45,722 nucleotides of DNA, from positions 1 to 45,722 of the forward strand of contig JBFYQI010000002.1 of NCBI GenBank assembly GCA_041302875.1, given 5' to 3'. This stretch comes from Ignavibacteria bacterium. GTDB taxonomy: Bacteria; Bacteroidota; Ignavibacteria; UBA10030. Made by a program: the position numbers and the translations under genes. How positions within the stretch are numbered: position 1 is the stretch's first letter; every line of letters starts with the position of its first letter. Of this stretch, positions 8,637 through 15,115 are shown in pieces. The notes beneath the pieces are model-generated. The model was not told where the DNA came from, did not search any database, and saw only the letters and a list, made by a program, of their open reading frames with translations.

Positions 8637-9815
8637 CTACTTGAGAAGAATCATTCGCCGCGTGAGACGCACTTCGCCCGACGTCATCGTGTAGAAGTAG
8701 ATCCCGCTAGGCATTTCGGACGCATCCCACCGCACCTCATGCCGCCCCGGCATCAGTTCTGCGTTCACCAGTACTGCTACTTCGCGCCCCAAGACATCGA
8801 AGACTCGCAGTTCCACTCTACTGACCACTGATGACTGGAAACTGATTACTGTCCCCGGATTGAACGGATTCGGATAGTTCTGCCCAAGCCCGGCCGTTCG
8901 AGGAACATGTGCATCCTCAGCCACGTCGGTTGGCGCGCCAAAGACCGCATTCATCGCCTCGACCGCCTGCAGCAGCTTGGAGTCGGTTGTTCGAATGGGG
9001 TAGTCATGCTCGATGTGAACGAACTTCTTTCCATTCGCGTTGGACCATTGCCCCTGAACATTCGACGTTGCTCCAAGCCGCCACGACTCGTTATACGTCG
9101 CTATGCTGAAGACGGTCGCCGTCATCTCCCGGGATTCATAATTCGATTCAAGCGTGGTCAATTCAGCAGGTGGATTCGTCGTGCCATTGCTGATAATGAC
9201 GTCCGCATAGCTCGCGTAATTGGGATTGGCCGCCTTGTTGAATCCATGGACCTGGATCGCTCGGAACGCTGAAATGGTCTTATGCACGGCGTGAAAGACC
9301 GTCCGCGTGCGGTGCGCCACGTCAGACGAGGAGTCTGTGTTCGCGTAGCGGTGTGTCCCCGCCATTTGGCACCATCGGGCACGCATGCGAAGGTACGCTC
9401 GAATTCCCAACTTCCATGTGTTCGTATCGAAGATTGGATGCGGAATCTCCATCGCGAGGTCATTGGTGCTTCGAGGATTGCGGATATACGTTCCCCATCC
9501 CCGCTGAATGGGATTGAGTTCACGCACGACGATCAGCGATTCCGCAACAACCGTGTCGATGAACGAGATCCATTCATAGCCGTATGGACTCAGCATCGCC
9601 GCAACGCTCGCGTAATTGTCCTGGCCGATCATGGCGATCACATTCTGGAAGGCGACCATCTGCGAGTCGACGGGAACAACGAATCCGTTCGAACCCGATT
9701 CCGGCATGCTGTTACGGATCTGCTGGCCGAGCTCGACGAGGTCTCCACGGACAACCGCCTGCGCCCAGAGAAATCCGGCAGGGACCATCATCAGCACAAG
9801 GATCAATCTCTTCAT
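8637..9815 (-). CDS. secreted protein with T9SS C-terminal sorting domain; N-terminal domain of unknown (possibly metallohydrolase) function
   Basis: Signal peptide MKRLILVLMMVPAGFLWAQA. The C-terminal ~80 aa (QNYPNPFNPGTVISFQ...VFDVLGREVAVLVN...PSGIYFYTMTSGEVRLTRRMILLK) is a classic Por secretion tail. His-containing motifs (EIPHPIFD, IQVHGF, VHIEHD) hint at metal binding, but I cannot assign a family. Confidence 0.65.
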   Translation of the reverse strand: MKRLILVLMMVPAGFLWAQAVVRGDLVELGQQIRNSMPESGSNGFVVPVDSQMVAFQNVIAMIGQDNYASVAAMLSPYGYEWISFIDTVVAESLIVVRELNPIQRGWGTYIRNPRSTNDLAMEIPHPIFDTNTWKLGIRAYLRMRARWCQMAGTHRYANTDSSSDVAHRTRTVFHAVHKTISAFRAIQVHGFNKAANPNYASYADVIISNGTTNPPAELTTLESNYESREMTATVFSIATYNESWRLGATSNVQGQWSNANGKKFVHIEHDYPIRTTDSKLLQAVEAMNAVFGAPTDVAEDAHVPRTAGLGQNYPNPFNPGTVISFQSSVVSRVELRVFDVLGREVAVLVNAELMPGRHEVRWDASEMPSGIYFYTMTSGEVRLTRRMILLK

Positions 9816-9856
9816 TGGGACTCCGGGATCAGATGAAGCATATCAACGCACTTCGT

Positions 9857-10765
9857 CTACTCTGCATGCCCATCATTGGCATTATAGTGATAGTCCAGAA
9901 ACCAGAGCATGGTTCGTGTCAATGCTTTCGCGTATGCGATCCGTTCTGCTTCCGACTCCCTCACGGAGAGCGGCGCTTCGACCTGAAGTCCGTCGATCAT
10001 TCCGCCGTCGCGAGAACCATGGCGTTCCAAGTTGTACCCTCCGGAGAAGAAGGGCTTGCCGCCGGGATCTGGATTGTTCGGACTCGGAACTGCGGGATAG
10101 CCATCGCGCTCGAGAATGCCCCCGAAGCTCGAGTCACCGCGGATCAAGCCAGCAAACGGCAACGGGGAACGATACGCCAGCGAACGAAGACTGCTCTTCG
10201 AAACGAATTCGAGAGCGTTGAGCGAGTCATCGGCGAGAACCAAATCGGAAGCCACAAGGAGATACCCGATCTCGGTGCGCTGAATCGCATGGCGATGTCC
10301 GTGCAGATCGATGTAGAGTCCGGCACCGAAGCGTCGGGCGACTGCGGTCTTCGCTGAATCAATGTACTGATGGTACGCTTCCCATGCTGCCATCATGGAA
10401 GGATCGTCCTGAGCGGCGTCGAACTGTTCCCGATTCGCATCAAGCTTCGAACGATGGAGCCGGTTGATGATCAGATACGGTCGGCGTCCCGTCCGTTCGA
10501 AGCAGAACTTCGAGATGTCGTTCCCCATTTCAAGCGTCTGGACGTCGTGATGCCCCTTCGTCCCCATCGTCCGATCAGGAACTCCTTCCGGCTGTTCGTA
10601 TCCTCCATGGGGAACCGAAATGATCAGCGGAAGATCCCCCGGATGAAAGTCAATGAATACGCTCGACCGTGCCCCCTCGGCTTCAAGCTCCTGCCCCAGT
10701 GCGCCAGAAAACGCGAGGGTGATTAGCAAGGGAATGAACCATATGTGACAGATGATCGTTCTCAC
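9857..10765 (-). CDS. exported N-formylglutamate amidohydrolase (FGase) family zinc hydrolase, paralog 2 (first gene of the operon)
   Basis: GTG start at 10765 followed by the signal peptide MRTIICHIWFIPLLITLAFSGALGQ. It has the same motif set as the 3539..4441 paralog: ISVPHGG, INRLHRSKLDANRE, YIDLHGH. GAGGAGG lies upstream of the start. Confidence 0.7.
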   Translation of the reverse strand: MRTIICHIWFIPLLITLAFSGALGQELEAEGARSSVFIDFHPGDLPLIISVPHGGYEQPEGVPDRTMGTKGHHDVQTLEMGNDISKFCFERTGRRPYLIINRLHRSKLDANREQFDAAQDDPSMMAAWEAYHQYIDSAKTAVARRFGAGLYIDLHGHRHAIQRTEIGYLLVASDLVLADDSLNALEFVSKSSLRSLAYRSPLPFAGLIRGDSSFGGILERDGYPAVPSPNNPDPGGKPFFSGGYNLERHGSRDGGMIDGLQVEAPLSVRESEAERIAYAKALTRTMLWFLDYHYNANDGHAE

Positions 10766-10801
10766 CAGCTTTCGGGATTCCTCCTCAATCCAGTCATTTG
10801 C

Positions 10802-10817
10802 GCAACTAATATGCCGC
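10802..10817 (-). promoter_or_regulatory. candidate sigma-54 (-24/-12) promoter for the 9857..10765 operon
   Basis: The minus strand reads GGCGGCATATTAGTTGCGCAAAT, i.e. GGCAT-N5-TTGC. Spacing is exactly that of the TGGCAC-N5-TTGC consensus, with the invariant GG and GC present. The -12 element lies ~37 nt upstream of the GTG start, and an NtrC-family activator gene is divergently adjacent. Confidence 0.4.
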
Positions 10818-10861
10818 CTTTCTCTACTGTTTTCTCGTTCGAATCGCTATATTCATCAAAG

Positions 10862-10882
10862 GGTGGGCCGTTTTCGCCCACC
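10862..10882. promoter_or_regulatory. perfect 7-bp inverted repeat with a 7-nt spacer (GGTGGGC-N7-GCCCACC), candidate activator (UAS) site
   Basis: Seen directly: ggtgggc cgttttc gcccacc. Its centre is ~55 nt upstream of the putative -24 element, in a divergent intergenic region where no terminator is expected. Confidence 0.3.
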
Positions 10883-10988
10883 AGACCATGTGCATTCTTC
10901 GCCCGGACTCCCATTTCGAGTGGAATCTGCACCAAATCATTCTCCATCCGACTGGCACAAAAGATGACTCGAACATGAATGGGGCGCA

Positions 10989-12551
10989 ATGACTAGCGAA
11001 GGAATCATGCACATTCTGACTTCACGGGTCTTCCTGACGATCCTCGCCTCCCTTGTCATCGTTGCAGGGGTGTTTCTGGTCGCGAGCTATCAGCTCGATC
11101 ACTGGACCGAAACGATCGTCGAGACCAACACGGAACTCACAAAACAGACCGTCCAACGGATCGCTAACGCTTCCCGTCCGGTCCTTGATAGCCTTTCGTC
11201 CATCGGTCTCTTCCGCAAAGAAAATCTCACGAAGGAAGAATCGCGTGCGCTCGACACGCTGCTCGCCTCGATCGTCGAAGGTGCCGTCTCAACGATCATC
11301 GGCATGGAAGGCGGATTCTACTTTGCTCACGTGGACGAATTGCTCGGCTACTCGTGGCCCACATCGACGCCCCCCGCTCCGGCATATGGTCCTGCCCCCC
11401 GATCGTATCCCATCATTCGTGAACAGCTGATCGCCACGGTTCGTCAATCCCGTGCGCTCGTGGAGTACCACGAGTTCGATTTCGCAACATTCCCGCTGGC
11501 CACCGAGCCGCTGGTGGAGGACGGGGTCACCGTCGGCGCCGTGTGGGCTCGCATCCATGTCGAACGCGAACTCCCGTCGAGTGTTCTCGCCCGATGGCTG
11601 AACTACGGCATCGTGCTTTCGCTCGTCACTCTGTTCATCGTCTTTCTCATGTCGCTCCGCATGCGCGCGCGCATCGCCGCGATCCGCCATGGGCTCGAAC
11701 GGCTGCAGACAGATTTCGCCTACCGGCTTCCCGTGCAGCGCGGGGTCTTCGGTGCGATCACCAGTTCGATCAACGCGATGGTCGATTCGCGCGCGAGAGA
11801 GCAGCTCGAGCGGGAACAACTTGAACGCGATCTGCACCAACAGGATAAGATGGCGATGCTGGGCAAGCTCGTCGCCGGCGTGGCTCACGAGGTCAAGACT
11901 CCACTCGCCATCATCAAAACGCGTATCCAGCTGTGGCAGCAAGATCTGCGGAATCTCGGTCCGTCGGCGGAAGCCGGCGCCATCCTCTCCGAGGACACGA
12001 TCCAGATCGTTCTGAAGGAGATCAACCGGCTCTCCGGGTTGCTCAAGCGATTGCTGGTCTTCTCCAAACCCGTCGGCTCGAACCGCAGAAATGTGGACTT
12101 GAACAAGCTCGTCGACCAGACGGTTTCGTTCATCCGCGCCGAAGCGGACGAACGACAGATCGCGCTCACGGTCGTCGTGGACAACCATGTTCCTCATCTT
12201 TGGATCGATCCGCAGGCGGTCGAACAAGTACTGCTCAACGTATACGCCAATGCCATGGACGCCATGGCAGCCGGCGGCATAATGGAGATTCAGACCATGG
12301 TTGAATCCGCCAGCAACACCGCTTCGGTGTTCATTCGCGACACGGGGCACGGTATCCCCCCCGAAGTGAGGAACAAGGTCTTCGATCCGTTCTTCACGAC
12401 GAAGGAGCATGGCGCCGGGCTCGGGTTGTACATCTCTCAGGAGATCGTTCGTTCCCACGGCGGGACGATCGACTTCCGCCCCCGTGCCCAAGCCGGCACC
12501 GAGTGTTGCATTCGACTTCCCCTTCATACGCACGACACGAGGCAATCATGA
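10989..12551 (+). CDS. sensor histidine kinase (NtrB/AtoS-like) with N-terminal TM/periplasmic sensor region
   Basis: H-box AHEVKTPLAIIKTRIQLW, N-box LLNVYANAMDAM, G-boxes IRDTGHGIPPEV and KEHGAGLGLYIS. There are two TM segments. An alternative ATG lies at 11007. The stop overlaps the regulator start (ATGA). Confidence 0.85.
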   Translation: MTSEGIMHILTSRVFLTILASLVIVAGVFLVASYQLDHWTETIVETNTELTKQTVQRIANASRPVLDSLSSIGLFRKENLTKEESRALDTLLASIVEGAVSTIIGMEGGFYFAHVDELLGYSWPTSTPPAPAYGPAPRSYPIIREQLIATVRQSRALVEYHEFDFATFPLATEPLVEDGVTVGAVWARIHVERELPSSVLARWLNYGIVLSLVTLFIVFLMSLRMRARIAAIRHGLERLQTDFAYRLPVQRGVFGAITSSINAMVDSRAREQLEREQLERDLHQQDKMAMLGKLVAGVAHEVKTPLAIIKTRIQLWQQDLRNLGPSAEAGAILSEDTIQIVLKEINRLSGLLKRLLVFSKPVGSNRRNVDLNKLVDQTVSFIRAEADERQIALTVVVDNHVPHLWIDPQAVEQVLLNVYANAMDAMAAGGIMEIQTMVESASNTASVFIRDTGHGIPPEVRNKVFDPFFTTKEHGAGLGLYISQEIVRSHGGTIDFRPRAQAGTECCIRLPLHTHDTRQS

Positions 12552-13921
12552 GATCGGGACAAGTCGTCCTCGTCGTGGACGATCAGGAGTCCATGAGAAG
12601 AAACGTCAAGGACGTCCTGACGCGCGAGCATCTGCAGGTGGTGGAATCCTCCTCCGGAGAAGATGCTCTCCACCGCTTCCGAGCGCTCAATCCTCAACTC
12701 GTCCTGCTCGACATCAATCTTCCGGGTATGGACGGGATCTCCGTTCTCCGCGAAATGAAACGTCTGGAGCCCGACATTCCCGTTATCATATTCACTGCGT
12801 ACGGGACCAGCGAGCGCGCGATCGAGGCGATGAAGGGGGGTGCGCACGACTACCTTGAGAAGCCGTTCGAGCTGGATGAATTTCTCATCATCATCCGGCG
12901 AGGCCTCAGTTTTCGCGACTTGCTTTCCGAGGTCCGGCATCTGCGCTCGCAAGTCGCCCGCCAATCCGCTCCCACCACAGCGGAATCGATCGTCGGAACG
13001 AACGCCAAGATGCAGGAGATCTTCAAGCTGATCGGACGCGTTGCCCCTACGGACGCCACGGTGCTGATCGAGGGGGAGAGCGGAACAGGAAAGGAATTGG
13101 TCGCCGACGCCATCCAACGGCATTCTCTCCGTCCCGACGGGCCGTTCATCAAGGTCAATTGCGCTGCTCTCCCTGAGCATCTGCTCGAAAGCGAACTCTT
13201 CGGCCATGAGAAGGGGTCGTTCACCGGCGCCATTTCCCAACGACATGGCCGGTTTGAGCTCGCCCACGGAGGGACCATCTTCCTTGACGAGATCAATAAC
13301 ATGCCGGTCTCCCTCCAGATGAAACTCTTGCGCGTCCTCCAACAGCGCACCTTTGAACGCGTGGGGGGAAAGGAGACCCTGACCACGGACGTACGCATCA
13401 TCGCGGCGACGAACAAGGACATTGAGCAGGAGGTGAAAGCGGGACGATTCCGAGAAGATCTCTTCTACCGGCTCGATGTCATTCACCTGAAGTTGCCGAC
13501 CCTCCGCGACCGTGCGCAGGACATTCCCCTGCTTGTCGATCACTTCCTGGAGAAGTATGGTCAGGGGACGAAGGCGATCGTCGCGGCCGATGCGATGACA
13601 AAGCTCCGGACCTACCGATGGCCGGGGAATGTACGCGAACTCGAGAACACCATCCAACGAGCCGTCCTGTTGTCAGGAGGCAACCTGATCACGCTCGACC
13701 ATCTCCCCGTGACGCTTCAGGCGGCGATCGATCCCCCTCCCCTCCCTGAAGCGAATCAGGACGATATGGATTTTCACCGCATCGTTACGTCCGTCGAGAA
13801 GCAGCTCATCACAAAGGCCCTCCAGCGCACCCAGTGGAACCGGACGAAGGCAGCCGAACTCCTCCGGATTCACCGGCGTCTTTTATTCTCAAAGATCAAG
13901 CAGTACAAGCTCAAGGCGTAG
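12548..13921 (+). CDS. sigma-54-dependent response regulator (NtrC family: receiver + AAA+ + Fis-type HTH)
   Basis: Track ORF trimmed to ATG at 12548 (MRSGQVVLVVDDQESM). It has the receiver motif LLDINLPGMDG, Walker A GESGTGKE, the sigma-54 contact loop ESELFGHEKGSFTGA (GAFTGA-type) and a C-terminal HTH, NRTKAAELLRIHRRLLFSKIKQY. Confidence 0.9.
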   Translation: MRSGQVVLVVDDQESMRRNVKDVLTREHLQVVESSSGEDALHRFRALNPQLVLLDINLPGMDGISVLREMKRLEPDIPVIIFTAYGTSERAIEAMKGGAHDYLEKPFELDEFLIIIRRGLSFRDLLSEVRHLRSQVARQSAPTTAESIVGTNAKMQEIFKLIGRVAPTDATVLIEGESGTGKELVADAIQRHSLRPDGPFIKVNCAALPEHLLESELFGHEKGSFTGAISQRHGRFELAHGGTIFLDEINNMPVSLQMKLLRVLQQRTFERVGGKETLTTDVRIIAATNKDIEQEVKAGRFREDLFYRLDVIHLKLPTLRDRAQDIPLLVDHFLEKYGQGTKAIVAADAMTKLRTYRWPGNVRELENTIQRAVLLSGGNLITLDHLPVTLQAAIDPPPLPEANQDDMDFHRIVTSVEKQLITKALQRTQWNRTKAAELLRIHRRLLFSKIKQYKLKA

Positions 13922-13937
13922 CCCTCCTCACAAACGC

Positions 13938-13972
13938 GAACGCCGTCCCCGATCACTCGGCGGACGGCGTTC
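13938..13972. terminator. GC-rich hairpin between convergent genes (candidate bidirectional terminator)
   Basis: Perfect 11-bp stem gaacgccgtcc / ggacggcgttc with a 13-nt loop. It is followed by tgttcg on the plus strand and GCGTTTGTG on the minus strand. It starts 17 nt after the regulator stop. Confidence 0.5.
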
Positions 13973-14081
13973 TGTTCGAAGTATTCCGGTGCGTTATGTG
14001 TGCTGCTCCAGTGAGCACCAGTCTTCGACAAGCTCAGACTGACGCTCGTTGAATGTGCAAGGTGGCTTCCTGGAGACTTCG

Positions 14082-15101
14082 TCAGAAAGCCGCACTCAGA
14101 GTGAAATGCTGCACATACCCCAGCAGTCCAAACTCCGCATACGCATAGTCGAATTTCAATGCGTATGAGCCGAGGGGAACCATCACACCCGCACCAAGCG
14201 TCAGCCCTTCCTCATCCGTGTTGAAGACGTAACCTCCGCGAATGGCGAAGGTATTGAAGAATTCGTACTCCCCGCCGATGCTGTAGTGCTCCGGATTGTC
14301 GTTCGGGTGGATGGCATCGATCGCCAGGAGGAACCGGGTGTCGCCCAAGTGCGCGAATCCATGTGCACCGATGATCGACATCGACGTCGAAACCCGGTAT
14401 GAGGTCGGCAGATCCCATTCCTGCGTCTGCACCGCCGTTTCGACGTACGGATTCGCCGAGCTTGCCGGATCCTGATCCAGTTGCCGGATCAACTCGCGCC
14501 CGGACATCTGCATGCCGGGGCCGAAGTTCTGGAACGAAAGGCCCAGTTTCAGATCCTTGAAGCCGGTGTGCAGCAACGCCCCGAAATCGACGGCGATCGT
14601 CTGCGCCGACTCGCTCCAGATGCGCTGATTGATGTACTTGACGGTGACGCCAATGTCGACAAAGTCCGTCATCGCCTGTGCATAGGTGACGCCGAGGGCG
14701 AGATCGAGCGCGTCGAAGTACGATCCGGTTCCCTCCGGATCCTGGATCGTCGTCTGCTCGATCCGCTCCGACTGCAGGGCAACCCCGCTCACCGCAATGG
14801 AACTCCGGTCGCCCAGGGGCAACACCACGCCGACGAAATCATGACTCAGTCCGGCGATCCACTCGGAATGGGCGAAGCTCCCCTGCATCCTTCCCAGACT
14901 CGCAATACCGGCGGCATTCCAGTAGATCGACGTGGCATCATCCACAACGGATGCGTACGCATTCGCCATTGCGGCTGCCTTCGCGCCGACGGGGATCTTC
15001 AGAAACTGTGCTGCGGACGTTCCCACCTTCGTGAAGCTTTGTGCTCGAAGGCCAAGCGGAAGGAGGATCGCCAGAACCACGCATATCACGAACGATTTCA
15101 T
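14082..15101 (-). CDS. PorV/PorQ-family outer-membrane beta-barrel (T9SS-associated)
   Basis: Track ORF trimmed to ATG at 15101 (MKSFVICVVLAILLPLGLRAQ), with GGAGG upstream. The N-terminal signature GTSAAQFLKIPVGAKAAAMANAYASVVDDATSIYWNAAGIA is typical of PorV/PorQ-like proteins. The protein ends in ...FTLSAAF. Confidence 0.7.
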   Translation of the reverse strand: MKSFVICVVLAILLPLGLRAQSFTKVGTSAAQFLKIPVGAKAAAMANAYASVVDDATSIYWNAAGIASLGRMQGSFAHSEWIAGLSHDFVGVVLPLGDRSSIAVSGVALQSERIEQTTIQDPEGTGSYFDALDLALGVTYAQAMTDFVDIGVTVKYINQRIWSESAQTIAVDFGALLHTGFKDLKLGLSFQNFGPGMQMSGRELIRQLDQDPASSANPYVETAVQTQEWDLPTSYRVSTSMSIIGAHGFAHLGDTRFLLAIDAIHPNDNPEHYSIGGEYEFFNTFAIRGGYVFNTDEEGLTLGAGVMVPLGSYALKFDYAYAEFGLLGYVQHFTLSAAF

Positions 15102-15115
15102 TGTCGGTCCTCCGC

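Noticed and set aside
10953-10967. Plus-strand TGGCAC-AAAAG-ATGA upstream of the histidine kinase, as a sigma-54 promoter
   Set aside because: The -24 element is perfect, but the -12 position has ATGA with no GC dinucleotide. It is therefore unlikely to be functional.
11289-13657. Long minus-strand ORFs 11289..12545 and 12524..13657
   Set aside because: They are antisense to the histidine kinase and sigma-54 activator, both of which have unambiguous motifs. The antisense products have no motifs and are Arg/Asp-rich.
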